Origin: Rebecca billardiae RCC1528
Taxonomy: Eukaryota > Protista > Haptophyta
Length of the DNA stretch: 64,000 nt
Assembly (NCBI GenBank): GCA_965240325.2
Contig: OZ251222.1
Location: forward strand, 2,852,001 to 2,916,000
Direction: 5' to 3'
In this document: positions 1 to 12,055 of the stretch, piece by piece
Numbering within the stretch: position 1 is the stretch's first letter
Layout: each line of letters opens with the position of its first letter
Notes under the pieces: generated by a model
Told to the model about the DNA's origin: nothing
The model's input: the letters and a program-made list of their open reading frames with translations, nothing else
Database searches by the model: none
Translations under genes and position numbers: made by a program

Positions 1-2583
1 ATGTGGCTGTGCCACACGCTCGCCGCGCTCAGCGCCCTCGGCAGCCTGCACCCTCGCGGCGGCGGCGCCCGCCTCGACGAGACCGTGTGGCGGGAGCTAA
101 GCACGGCAGCGGACGCGGTGCGCGCGGCGCGCGAGGCGGCGGCCGCGCCGTCAGGGCACGAGCTGCTCGCCGCGCCGAGCGCGGGCGCGGAGGGCGGCGG
201 GGCCGAGGGGTGCGACGATGGCTGGGCGAGCAGCGACGGCGGCGGCGATGACGACGACGGCTCCGGCCCCGATGGATCGGAGGCCGAGGCGGAGGCGGAG
301 GAGGAGGCGGCGAGGGCGGGGTTGCAGCCGCCGCCAGGCACGCGCGCCGGGCGCGCCGCATCGGAGTGGTGGTCTGACGCGGAGCTGCGCGGCAGTGCGC
401 TCGCTGCGCCCGCCGCGCCTGCGCCGCCATGCACCGCGGCGGCCGACGTGACCAGCGCGCCGACCGCTGCGCAGCCCGCCCCTGCGCGCGCGGGCGCGCG
501 CGCGCACGGCGGCGGCGGCGCGCACGGCGCGGCGGCGACGACGCCGGCGGCGCACACCGGGGCAGCGACGGGGCTGGCGGCGGCGCTCTTCGGCGCGCGC
601 CCGCCTCGCGCAGGGCCGCAGCACCGCAGCCCGCCGGGCGCGATCTCCGCGGCCGCTGCAGCCGCCGGAGGCGCGGACGCACCGAGTGCTAGCGCGGGCG
701 CAGCGAGCACGGCCCAGCCGCCGGCGCGCGCGAGTGCCCCTCTGCCGCCGATCGCGCCCGCAACGGTCCTCAGCGCTGCCTCGGGGCCGCCCCGCGCGGC
801 GGCGGGCACGGCGGCCGCGGGCGAGCACGGCGCGCGCACGAGCGCCACGCACGCACGCGCGGCCGGTGCGCGGCCCGCTGAGCCCGCCGCCGCGGCCGCG
901 GCACCGCCGCCGCCGCCGAGCACACCCGCTGCGTGCCAGATTGCATCTGAGGTACGCGAGATTGCACCCGAGATCCAAGTCGCCGACCAGCTGGCGGCTA
1001 TGGGCTTCGCTCGAGACGCGGCCGTGGCGGCGTGCGCCCAGCTCGGGCCGGAGGCGAGCGTGGACGCAGCGCTCGAGCTCTTGCTCGCCGCCACCGCTTC
1101 CGCCGACACGGAAGCCGCGCACTCCGACGGCGGGGCCACGCCTCGCTCTGTGCCCGCCGCGGCGCCAGCGGACGACGCGCCGGCGGTTGGCTGGCGGGCT
1201 GCGAGGAGCGGCAGCTCTCCCGGGTGTGGTGGGGCTCACGCGGCCCGGCCGCACAGCGCCGCGTCGAGCGCGGCCGTGCCCGCGCGCACGCTCGCGCCCG
1301 ATGCGCCGCACCATGACCTCTTCGGCTTGCTCTCGCCAGACCCTGTCTCCTCTGGGCCGGCCGCGCACACGGCTGGCGGCGCGAGCGGCGCTGTTGCAGA
1401 GGCCGCGGCAGCGCTGCCGGGCGACGCGCAGCCATCCGCTCTGGAGGCCGCAGCGGGCGATGGCGGCGGTGGGCCGCCGGGCTGTGCACTCGGCGTGCAC
1501 TCGCATCCCGCCGACGCCCAGCCCCTCGCCTCAGCCGTCACCGCCGACGAGCTTGAGGCTCTGTTCGGAGGCGGCACGGCCGCGCCGCCGCCGCCGCCGC
1601 CGAGCGGCGCTCTGAGCGGCGGCGCAGCGCGCGCCGTGCCAACTTTGGCGGCGGCAGCGGGCGCGGGCGGCGCGCTGATCGGCGGTCTGGACGCGCCCTT
1701 CGGAGCGGGGACAGCGCCGCAGCCCGCGAGCGCGCACGCCGTGCCCGCCGCCGAGGCGGCCGAGAGCGACGACCCAACCACTTCCGCCCGCGTCCGCCTC
1801 CTGACGGCCATGGGCTTTGGTCGGGCGGAGGCGCTCCGCGCGCTCGCGCTCGCGTCCGGGGACGAGTCGGCGGCCGTGCAGCTGCTCCTCGACGGCACCG
1901 TCGCCGCGCTCGCCGAGGATGGCGACGGCGCGTCGCCTGACGGCGGGGCAGCCGGTCTCGGCACCTCGCCGCGCCCCCCAGCGCACGCCCAGCCTGGGCA
2001 GGCGGCGGCAACGGCTGCGGGCGGAGCCGCGCCAGCCCCAGGCTCGGCGGGCTCGGCGGACGTGGCGGCGGCGGCTGCCGGCGGCGGCGCCGCTGCTCCG
2101 GTCGCCGGGCTGGCGGGCAAGCTACTCGGCGCAGCCGGCGAGCGGCTGCCACCCAGCGTCCGCTCGCACGGCGAGGCCGCGACCCGCGCTCTGCGCACCC
2201 AGTCCGAGCGGCTCAGCGATGCGACTGTGGCGACCCTCCTCACAGGCGTCACGCGGCTCCAGTCCTCGACCGAGCGCGCCGCGGAGCGTGCGCGCGGGCT
2301 GGCGAGCGCGAACAAGCCCCTCGTCGGCGCGCTCGGACGCGCCGAGCACGAGGGGCCCGGCGGCACGGATGCGCGGGGGCCCACGATTCCGCATACCGCG
2401 CCTCCAGCGCCTGGTCCGGGCCCGACAGACGGCGCGAGCACGACGACGGGTGACGGGCCACGCCCGGCCACACGGGCGGCTACCGACGACAGCACCACCA
2501 CACGGGCAGCAGATCAAGATGACAGCGCTACTGGCAATGCCGGCCCTGAGCCCGCTATCGGGGATCTGCTCCAGCTCGACTAA
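1..2583 (+). CDS. Double-UBA, low-complexity protein, probable ubiquitin/clathrin adaptor (likely 5' partial)
   Basis: 860-aa ORF open from the window edge. Two UBA-like helical repeats (DQLAAMGFARDAAVAAC...AALELLL; LLTAMGFGRAEALRALALASGDESAAVQLLL). C-terminus GDLLQLD* resembles a clathrin box. Confidence 0.7.
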   Translation: MWLCHTLAALSALGSLHPRGGGARLDETVWRELSTAADAVRAAREAAAAPSGHELLAAPSAGAEGGGAEGCDDGWASSDGGGDDDDGSGPDGSEAEAEAEEEAARAGLQPPPGTRAGRAASEWWSDAELRGSALAAPAAPAPPCTAAADVTSAPTAAQPAPARAGARAHGGGGAHGAAATTPAAHTGAATGLAAALFGARPPRAGPQHRSPPGAISAAAAAAGGADAPSASAGAASTAQPPARASAPLPPIAPATVLSAASGPPRAAAGTAAAGEHGARTSATHARAAGARPAEPAAAAAAPPPPPSTPAACQIASEVREIAPEIQVADQLAAMGFARDAAVAACAQLGPEASVDAALELLLAATASADTEAAHSDGGATPRSVPAAAPADDAPAVGWRAARSGSSPGCGGAHAARPHSAASSAAVPARTLAPDAPHHDLFGLLSPDPVSSGPAAHTAGGASGAVAEAAAALPGDAQPSALEAAAGDGGGGPPGCALGVHSHPADAQPLASAVTADELEALFGGGTAAPPPPPPSGALSGGAARAVPTLAAAAGAGGALIGGLDAPFGAGTAPQPASAHAVPAAEAAESDDPTTSARVRLLTAMGFGRAEALRALALASGDESAAVQLLLDGTVAALAEDGDGASPDGGAAGLGTSPRPPAHAQPGQAAATAAGGAAPAPGSAGSADVAAAAAGGGAAAPVAGLAGKLLGAAGERLPPSVRSHGEAATRALRTQSERLSDATVATLLTGVTRLQSSTERAAERARGLASANKPLVGALGRAEHEGPGGTDARGPTIPHTAPPAPGPGPTDGASTTTGDGPRPATRAATDDSTTTRAADQDDSATGNAGPEPAIGDLLQLD

Positions 2584-3260
2584 TGCTGCGCTGCTGATGA
2601 TGATGATCCATGATGGTCGACTGGCAGCTATATCGTCATCAGATGAGCATCACTACCGCGGAGGCCGCGTCAGCGCACATCAGAATGCCGGCAGCGGCAG
2701 CCGCGGGCTCGGCCTCGGACGAGGAGAGAGAGCACAATCATCAGAGTCAGAGGGGTGCACGGTGCCAAGGCTTCCCAAGCAGGTAGATAGAGGGTACGGT
2801 TTACCCCCATACTCTACTCCTGTCGTACAACATGAGTACTGTACCTTATCTGCGAGCATGATGGGAGTGGTATCGTCAGCTAGTATCCACTCCTTTTGGT
2901 TGATGAGTACCTTATCTGCGAGCATGGGCGTGGTATGTATAGTGGGTCGTAACTTGTTTAGATAGGCAAGCTGCAGCGCTGGCAATTGCCTCGGAATTCA
3001 TCGGAACTCTTCCGATTATCAATGCCTCGCGGACGCACCGTGCCGGGGCGGTGGGCCCTCCACCAGGAGCAAATATGATTGGGCGCATGCACTACTCATC
3101 AAGTTCGACGGCTCGGGGCGGCGGGGGCGCCCGCGCAGAGCTTCGCGTCGGGGTAAATTCGTCGGGGTAAATTAGAAGCAAGCTGCAAGCCGACCGCGCG
3201 CGCGCGATCGACTCGCAAACCTTGACGCACCCCGTCGCACAGCGAGACGGCCGGCGGGAC

Positions 3261-6030
3261 ATGCCCGAGTTGGCCAAGCCCGACATGGCGTCGCTGGTCG
3301 CGCACGCGCTGAGGGAGGACCACGATCACTCGATGACCACCATGACGAAGAGCTCGTCCGACGCCGATCCCACCTCGATCGAGGACGGCCCGGCGAGCGA
3401 GGCCGCGCCCGCTGCGCCCGACCCACGCGAGGCCAGCCTGCCGCACGACTTTGACGTCGGCATTGAAGACCTACCCGAGATCAAGCGCGCGTGGACGGGC
3501 GCGTTCGTCGACGGGAACGTCGAGAGACTGTATCGGAAGGAGGCCTTCTACCCTAACCTCGGCCGCTGCATGTCGCACGTGTTGATGTGGTTTGCGGCGT
3601 TCAACTGCCTCTCATTCATCTCGCTCTCCGCGCACGGCGTCGGGGACACGCTGAGCACCGAGCGGCACGGCTGGAGCGCGAACTTGCTGCTGGTTGTGCT
3701 CGTCCTGCAGATCGCCTTCATCTTCCGCACCGCCCACTTCTGCAACCTGCCCATGTGGCTGATGGAGGCGCTGAGCGTCACGACGCTCGTCTCGATGGCG
3801 CTGCTGCTGCGCTACCACCAGCTGCTGCTCGTGAGCACGGTGTGCGCGCCCAGGGTGACGCTGATGCTCCGCCTGGGTGCGTTCCTGGTGCTCACGAGCG
3901 CGTACGTGCCGCTCACCACCTGGTACTACTTTGCCGTCCTCATCATCTCCGTGGCCGTGGGCGGCGCGCTCGACATTGTCGCCGACCCGTCAGCGGACGA
4001 CATGATGGGCGCGTGCCCGTACACGTTCGGCTCGCTGGTGATGCTCGCGCTGTCGACGGCGGTCTGCCGCTGCCGCCTCGCGAGCGTCGCGCGCGGCGAG
4101 TGGGCCTTCCGCCGCACCGTCATCCAGGCGCAGCGGGAGCGCAAGCGCGTGCACCGCGCGTTCGAGAAGGCGCGCGCAGCCAAGCTCAAGCTCGTGCACG
4201 GCCGCGAGAAGGAGAAGCAGCGCGTGCAGCTCGAGGTGCAGAGCGCGCGCAGCCGGCTGATCCGGGTGGTGATGCACGGGATGCGCTCGCCGCTGCTCTC
4301 CGTCTCCAGCGCGACCAAGATGCTCCACACCCTCGGCCGGCAGACGCCGCTCGGCGACGAGCGTGTCGCCAAGTCGCTCGACGCGCTCAGCACGTGCGCG
4401 CTGATGCTCGAGAACATCGTCCGAGACATGCTCGACTTCGAGCGGATCGAGAGCGGCCGCGTCGCGCTGATGTTCGAGCCGTTCACGATCGGCAAGGTGC
4501 TCGAGGACGCGCACACCACCTTCGAGGCCCTCGCGCGCGAGAAGGGCGTGCACCTCGTGCGTGCGGCGCTCGACGAGCAGCTCGAGCGCAGCGTGTGGCT
4601 GGGCGACAGCTGGCGGCTGCAGCAGTGCCTCAACAACGGCGTGAGCAACGCGATCAAGTTCACCGACCCGGGGGGCTCGGTCTACTTCAAGGCGTGGCTG
4701 AGCTTCCGCAACGAGCGCGCGGCGGAGGGCCTCGAGAAGGTGCACATCGCCGTCGTCGACGACGGCATCGGCTTGACACCACAGGAGATTGGCAAGCTGA
4801 ACAACAGTGAGAGCTTCAGCGTGCTCGGCCTCGGCACCGCGCACGGCCGAGGTGCGCGCGCGTCGCGGGGCGCGGGGCGCGACGCTGGGTCGAGGCGCGA
4901 GGCAGTGCGCGCGGGGCTGCGCCGCGCGCGCGCACCACCGCACGCCCTCGCGGCGCTCGCGCCGACCCGCCGCACGCCCGTGCGCGCGCGAGCAACTCGC
5001 AGGCGGGACCGGGCTGGGCCTCTGCATCACGCGCTCTCTCCTCAAGCTGCACAACGACTCGGTGCTCAAGATCTCGTCGATGGGCGAGGGGCGGGGGACG
5101 ACGTTCGAGATGCAGCTCAGCCTCAAGCCCACGTCCGTCGGCGCGCAGCACCCCGCTCTCAGCCCGCAGGCCAGCTCGCGGCCCTCGTGGGCGAGCGCGC
5201 GCTCCTCGGTCGGCGGCACTTCCGTCGCCGGGTCCATCGCGCGCTCGTCCGGGCCGCGCTCGGTCAGCGGCACTTCCGTCGCCGGGTCCATCGCACGCTC
5301 GTCCGGGCCGCCGAGCCCAGTCAACACCAAGAGAGCGGCGCCGCCGGGCTTTTCGCTCTCGAGCGCGCGCCCTGCAAGCGAAGCTGCGAGCGAAGAGCCA
5401 CCGGCCGAGGCGCTGCCCATGCGCGACTCGGCCGAGCTCACGACCATCGACCATTCGCTGTCGTCGAGTCGCGCCGAGCCGTCGCCGCTCACGTTCCATC
5501 CCGACTTCTGCTGCCTGCACGTGGAGGTGAGGGCGAGCGCGCGGGCGGCGGGGCGGCGCGCCCTGCGTCCGCGCGCGCCGGTGTGCGACTCACTCGCCCG
5601 GCCCCGCCGCACCCTTCCGCCCGGCCGCTCGCAGGACGACGTGTTCCTGCAGATGACGCTCCCGGCGGTCACCTTCGACCCGCTCGGCGCGCCGTACCAG
5701 ACGGCCAAGGACGGGCAGCACGCCATCGAGCTCGTCGTGGAGCGCGCCAAGGAGGGCCTGCCGCCGTTCGGCCTGATCATCATGGACAACCAGATGCCGC
5801 GCATGAACGGCATCAGGGCGGTGCGGGAGCTGCGCGCACGCGGGCACGAGGGCTTGATCGTCGGCGTGACGGGCGAGCCCGCAGGCTCGCCAGAACGAGC
5901 CGAGTTCGAGGCGGCCGGTCTGAGCTCGTGCACCGACAAGGACACGGGCGGCATGGAGGTGATCATTGGCTGGATCCGCTCGTTCGCCGTGACAGCGGCA
6001 CCGGAGTCCGAGGTACCGCCACACGGATGA
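3261..6030 (+). CDS. Membrane hybrid histidine kinase (about 6 TM, HisKA, HATPase, REC); introns 4852-5002 and 5527-5634
   Basis: H-box VMHGMRSPL, DMLDFERIESG, N-box LNNGVSNAIKFT, G1 DDGIG. G2 GGTGLGL is restored by splicing. Receiver LHVEDD...IIMDNQMPRMNG...VTG...K is restored by the second intron. Confidence 0.9.
5205..5311 (+). repeat. 54-bp in-frame tandem duplication (SV[G/S]GTSVAGSIARSSGP x2) in the kinase linker
   Basis: Two near-identical units starting at 5205 and 5259. Confidence 0.9.
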
Positions 6031-6436
6031 GCAGATATACTTAGCGCGCGATAGTATTACCGTACGAGCGCCAATTTGCGCCTATTTGGCCCACGCGCGC
6101 CCGCTGATCACTGACACTGTGACTGATGCCGAGACCAAGTGATGATGTCGCGCGATGATCGCCGAACAGGAACTCAGCAGCATGACAATGCGCCCATGCT
6201 GGCGCGGCGTCAGAACTGCTCAGTCGTAATATGATCTGGAATATATTATGTTATGCGCGCGCCTGCGCTGATGAGTGATGCTGCGCGCTAGCAAGTAGCC
6301 GAGCTGCTTATTAGCAGGCTGCGCTGGATCTCATGTGTATATGTATAGCTCACCCTAGGAAGAGTAGGGTAGCTGTGTCTACTGTCCCGGTACGTTGAAC
6401 GGCTCACATCGTGGAAACTCTGCGCTTATTCACTAG

Positions 6437-9026
6437 TTATTGCGGCGCAGGCGTCGGTGGGAACGAGGCCATCGTGTCCTCGGCGCGGAGGAGGAGCTCG
6501 CCTGCGCGCCGGCCCCACGCACGCACAATTTGCACCTGCGACTCGGGGCTGAGCCGGTTGCCACTGCGGCGGGCCCGGCCACGGTTTGAGCGGGCGCGTG
6601 ACGGGAGGCGGCGCGCGGGCGCGTGAGCCACGGTAAGGCGCATGTCGGGCACGCTGCGTGGGACGGCAGGGCGCGCGCCGCGCGCACCGCAGATCAAGCC
6701 TGAGCAGCGAGGGGCACGCCATCACCGCCGCCACCAGGTCTGGCACGACCTCGTCAGAAATCCGGTTGTACGAGAGGCCGAGGGCGGCCAGCGCCTTCCC
6801 CTCGAGCATGCCGTCAGCGATGGCGAGGACGCCATCGTCGCCGATGCGGTTGCCCGCGAGGCGCAGGTCGCGCAGCGGGCCGTGCCGCGCGAGCGGCGCG
6901 CGCAGCGCCTCCACGCCCGCGTTGCCGATGTTGTTCGAGGACAGGCTGAGCGTGCCGAGCGCGTGCGAGCGCATGAGCGCGCCCGCCATCGCGGACGCGC
7001 CCGCGTCTCCGATCACGTTCTCGAACAGGTGCAGCGCGTGCAGCGAGCGCGAGTGGGTGACGCCCCACGCGAGCCCGGCCGCGCCCGAGTTGGACACGCG
7101 GTTCCGCCCGAGCGAGAGCTCGCGCAGCGAGCCGGCGCTCGCCACGGCGCTGCCCAGCTCGGCGGCGCCTCGGTCGCCGATCGCGTTCGCTGAGAGCTCG
7201 AGGTGGCGCAGGCTGCGCAGCGCGCGGAGCGCGTGCGCGAGCGCGACCGCGCCGTCGTCGCCGATGGAGTTGGTGTGGACGTAGAGGGCTTCGAGGTGCT
7301 TGCAGCGCAGCAGCGCGCGCGCGAGCACGCCCGCGCCCGTGTCGCCGAGCGCGCACGCCGCCAGCGCGAGCGTGCGCAGCCGCGGCGCGCCGCGCTCGAG
7401 GCTGGACGCCAGACAGGCGGCGCCGATCGGGCCGACTGGGTTGGCGCTCAGCGAGAGATGGCGCAGCGAGGCGCTCGGCTCGGGGCGGAGGAGGCCGCGC
7501 GCGAGGAGCGCGGCGCCGCGGGGCTCGATGCACCGCGAGCCGTTCAGCTCGAGGCTCTCCAGCCCGCGGCTCGCCGCCAGCGCGAGGCCGAGCGCGGGCA
7601 GCTCGTGCTCTGCGCACCGGTAGCGCAGCTGGAGGACCGAGTGCGCTCGGAGCGCGTGGAGGGGGAGTCCCGAGCCCGGGCGGAGGAGCAGGCGGAGGTA
7701 CGCGTTGATGGGCACGCGGCACACGCGCGCGCCCTCGCGCACGCTGCGCACGTGCGCCACCACCTGCGCCACCGAGCTCAGCAGCGAGAGCACCGCCACA
7801 GCCGCCGGCGCGGGCGCGCGCGCCCGAGGGGAGGCGGGCAGAATCAGCGCGCCGAGCACGGCGAGCTGCACGATGCCCTGCACGGTGGCGTGCGTGGCGG
7901 CGTGGAGGAAGAGGCGCGTGGGGGCGTACAGCGGGAGTAGCGTGCGGCGGACGATGCCGGGCGCGCGTGCCCACACCGCGCGCCCCTCGCGCTTCGCTGC
8001 GCCGCGAGACGGGTGTGCGTGCGCATGCAGAGGGCTGTCAGCCGCGTGAGGTGAGGCGGAGGGCTGCGGCGAGGGGTGCGCGGCAGCCGCCTCGCCTGCC
8101 GCGCCCTCGGCCCCCGCACTCGGCGAGGCGGAGGTGCCCACGCGGCCGAGGCGCTCGAGCACCATCAGCGCATCGAGCACTGGCACGCCGAAGAGCGGGC
8201 CCGCCGCGAGCATGCGGCTGACGGCTTCCCAGCCCTCGTGCGGCGGCACCAACAGCTTGTCCAGCGGCGCACCGCCGGCGCTCGCACCGCCCGGACCGCC
8301 CGGGGCGGGCTGCTCCGGCGGCGGCGTGCGCCACAGGCTGAGCCGCGCGCCGAGGTAGTACACGACACGATGCGGCCGCCCCTCGCGCACGTCCTCGTCC
8401 TCCGCGTCCGCCTCGCCGCAGAAGCGTGGCGCCGCCCCATAGAACGCGATCATCCACGAGCGGACGGCGGCCCATGCCACGCAGAGGCCCGGCGCGAACA
8501 GGAGCAGGATCAGGCCGCCGAGCCACGGGACGGGGCCGCAGAAGAGGCAGATGACGTATACAAGGTCGAGAGCCACGTCGATCACGAAAGGGAGCGTCCA
8601 AGCGGACCTGCCCAGCCTTGTGTGCACGGCAGGAGGCAGGGCCTCGCCGTGCGGCCAGGCGACAGCCGCGGGCCCATCCTGAGCCTCCACGTCGGCCGCG
8701 GCGTCCGCCGCCGAGCCGGTGATACCCAGCTCGGCCGACGCAGCGGCAAGCTCGATCTCCGCGTCCTGCAGCGCAAAGTCCATCTCGGCCACGAGCTCGG
8801 CGCTCTCCCAAGGAGCCGTCGCCGCCTTGTCCTCTGCGTCCGCTGCAGGCGCATCTGCTCGCTCCTCCTCGCTGCGCGTGGCGTCACGAGGCAGCAGAGG
8901 CGCATCGCCGTGGCGCGAGGGCGGTCGGCTTCCGTCCACGCTCGTCTCCTCCCCCTCCTCGCCATCGTCATCGTAGTCCAGCGGCGTGCGCGCGCATGGC
9001 AGGCAGCCGCGGGGGCGTGACGGCAT
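6437..9026 (-). CDS. Multi-TM protein with C-terminal RNI/NLRC3-like leucine-rich repeats; intron 6564-6687
   Basis: About 11 28-aa repeats (LxxLxLxxNxIGDxGA). N-terminal hydrophobic segments. The GT-AG intron restores RLDLRGNRLS. Confidence 0.85.
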
Positions 9027-9127
9027 TGCTGCCACCGCGCACCGCAAAGTGGCAGCTCGTCTCGTCACGAACCGTTTCGCTCACAAACTGCAGTCGTATC
9101 ATTGTTTTAGACTATGCCATACCCCCA

Positions 9128-9157
9128 TGTGCACGTTAAATCATAGTAAACTGTAGT
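9128..9157. repeat. 30-bp dispersed repeat, copy 1 (TGTGCACGTTAAATCATAGTAAACTGTAGT)
   Basis: Exact match to 16821-16850. Confidence 0.9.
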
Positions 9158-9422
9158 ATCTTAGTACCCCATCCGGCACTGAGTGACTGAGTCCGACAGA
9201 TGCGCGCCACGGCGCCACGCACGTCATACAAGCTACACTGAGTACATGACTACGACTATGAAGTCACAGCATCGTCAACACGACTCAACAGTGAACAGAC
9301 CGTCGCGCATCGGCAAGTCGCATCGGCGGCATCGGATTCGGAGTCCGAGATCCTGCAGATCACGAGACCTGCGGAGTCCGGGTCGGGCGGCAGTCGCCGC
9401 GAACCAGGGCTCGGCAGCGTGA

Positions 9423-10694
9423 TCAGGCAGCTGATCTGAATGCCTCACCCTCTGAGTCCGTCTTCTTCGACGCAGCGGCGGCGGCCGTCCCCACTCCGCT
9501 TGCACCGGCCGCTGCGGCGACGGCGGCGACGGCGGAGCTCGCCGCCGCAGCGATCGACTGCGATGAGGACAAGGGGGCGGCGCCCGTGCTGTGGCCTCCG
9601 CCGCCACCGCATCCGCCGCCGTGCATCGGCGGCTGCGGCGGGCTGCTCGGCCCGCCTGTCCCCACGGCGCCCGGCGACCTAGACCCCCAGTCGTGGTCCT
9701 CGCTCTCGCCCTCGTCCGACGTGCTCATCAGGTCCTTCTCCGGCAGGTACGAGTACTTGGCCTGCCGCTCCGCCTTGGCCGCGATTTGTTGCTTGCGCCG
9801 GTTGTACAGCTTGACGCCGGCCACAGAGATGGCGAAGCCAAAAATGTTGAGCCGGGTGACCGGCGAGCCGAATGTCTCGTACGAGAGGAAGATCATCACG
9901 CAGTCCTTCACTACGCCCGCCACGTTCATCGTCAGCGCCGATGTCAGCCCGATGAGCACGAACGCGGCCAGGTTGAGCGCGAAAGCGTTCGCGCAGTTCG
10001 CGAGCAGGTGCCACCACGTGATGTCCGTCTCGGCAGCCGTGAGAGCGCGCAGCGCGGGGAGCTCGACCACGACGAAGGAGAGGGCAAGAAAGCACACGCT
10101 GCACGGGGCGATGTAGTACAGCACCTGCAGCGGATTGAAGTTGAGCCCCTTGCTCTTGAGAAGCTTCTCGATCAGCACCAGCCGGATGGCCTCAAACACA
10201 AGCGCGAGCGTCTGGTAGATCGCGCCGCGCCAGACGAACTCGATCTCGCCGTACGAGGCGATGAACACGCCGACGGTGATGATCAAGATCGTCCCGAGCA
10301 GCGGCGCGTCGAAGTGGAGTGCGCCCCATGCCACGCTTACAAAGAAGGTGACGGCGGGCAACGCAGTCTTAATCATCTGCACAAACGACACGCTCAGATG
10401 CACGTACGCAGACTGGTTGAAGTGCAGGCTGAGCGCGAAGAAGAAGGCGATCGGGACGACACGCGTGCCATACTCTGGCCACGGCATACGTCGCGCCTCG
10501 CACACCCTGAACCCCTTGATCAGCAGCGTCGCAAACGCGCTCGAGAAGATCATGTGCAGCATCACGAGCGTCGTCGGGAACGGCCAGCGCAGCGTGAGGA
10601 AGATGAGCTTGTTGTACATGACCATGCCGACGGAGATCCAGAACCATGCCGTCAGCGCGCACACCCGCGTGCGCAGGGACTTCGATGACGACAT
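9423..10694 (-). CDS. Triose-phosphate/nucleotide-sugar translocator (TPT/DMT) family transporter
   Basis: Intronless 423 aa with about 10 TM. Motifs YNKLIF...PFP.TL...HM, LSVSFVQMIK, TSALTMNVAGVVKD. Confidence 0.92.
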   Translation of the reverse strand: MSSSKSLRTRVCALTAWFWISVGMVMYNKLIFLTLRWPFPTTLVMLHMIFSSAFATLLIKGFRVCEARRMPWPEYGTRVVPIAFFFALSLHFNQSAYVHLSVSFVQMIKTALPAVTFFVSVAWGALHFDAPLLGTILIITVGVFIASYGEIEFVWRGAIYQTLALVFEAIRLVLIEKLLKSKGLNFNPLQVLYYIAPCSVCFLALSFVVVELPALRALTAAETDITWWHLLANCANAFALNLAAFVLIGLTSALTMNVAGVVKDCVMIFLSYETFGSPVTRLNIFGFAISVAGVKLYNRRKQQIAAKAERQAKYSYLPEKDLMSTSDEGESEDHDWGSRSPGAVGTGGPSSPPQPPMHGGGCGGGGGHSTGAAPLSSSQSIAAAASSAVAAVAAAAGASGVGTAAAAASKKTDSEGEAFRSAA

Positions 10695-12055
10695 GAGCCC
10701 CGCGCGTGGGCCGGGCGGTCGTCGAGCCTCGTGGGGATCACCGAGCCGCGTCCCGCCGCGCGTGGACTTTTAGCGGCGGCGGCGCTGCGCGTCAGCAATG
10801 GCGGACACGCAAAGCGATGCTCGCGTATCTTGCGCTGGAGAACTGCAGCACATCTTGCCTCGGCAGGACTGATGACGAATGCGCCAGGTGCGTGAGGCCC
10901 ATCGCCATGGGCCCTGAGCTACGTTGCGTGGACCAGCCTGGGCGTACTCGTACTGTACACCTGGATGGTGCGCAGTTGGTACTGCTGCTGCCGAGCAGCT
11001 TGTTCGAGTAGCCGGTTGGGCCGTGGCACACGTGGCTGCTGGACAGCTGCCGGATGGCTCCATGCATGCGCACTCGACAGAGCACAGCACGCGCAACCAA
11101 AATATGAACATACATGGCGCTGGGTACGGCCTTTTTAAATTCCCCTTTATAACGGGCTCCGGGTGATCAGACTGGCGGCCGAAGCCTCCAGCCCTACCCT
11201 GGCCAGCCCCCAACCAACCACCACCCTCACCCAACCTCAAACCACTGACCGATACACCGAGTGCCTTGACACCACTCCGCTGTGGACAGCCCGCCTCCAG
11301 AGGGGGCGGGGGTGGCGCTTGTTTTCCTCTCCCTGGTGACTAGAATATGACGCTTTTGAAGCTTGATGGCTGCCTGTCATAGCGGCGCCGCGAGCTAAGA
11401 GCCGGTGTCACTGCCATTAAGTGATCACGTAGATGGGTTCACTCAACACGCCATTCGATTCATCTGCGCTTGAGATCAGAGAACCGCGCTTCAATCAAGT
11501 CGCTCACTCTGAGCTTAGCTCGCTCTCATGTCAGACATGCCGCCGGGGACCGGGTCATGCGGCACGGTCAGAGCGATGGCTCGCTTCGTCTGTACAAGCA
11601 TCTCGCCTCGGCCGGATTCGCGGTAGTTTTTGACCGCGGCGAGTACAGGGCAAAACTAGTTCGCCGCAGAGCCTGACAATGGAAGCATGTGTGTCGGCTG
11701 GGGTGTGTGCCCATCAACTTGCAGGGGGCAAGTGAAAAGGAAGGGGACCGCCATGCTGTGGTCAAGAGTCCAGCGACGTGACGAACCAGCACGAATCACT
11801 GGAATCAGCCGTGTATTCATACTTGCGCATGCAGAGGGCGGACCAGAGCAGAGTGGCGAACGAGTGCGTCCCGGACGGAGTCTGAAGCGTCGACAAATGG
11901 AAAAAATTGGTTTGACGAATGGTCTGCTCAGGAACCACTCTCATCCCGCGCTCCACAGCGTGCTGTGCCGACCGAGGCCGCCGATCGCCGCGCCATTGTC
12001 ATCATCACCGCTGATCACGCCGATCGCGGGCAAGAGTGCACGGTCTAGACGCGCG

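Noticed and set aside
2832-2940. Mini-CRISPR (two 20-bp repeats, 46-bp spacer)
   Set aside because: Only two copies, eukaryotic context, no cas genes.
11180-11245. C/A-rich telomere-like stretch
   Set aside because: No true CCCTAA units.
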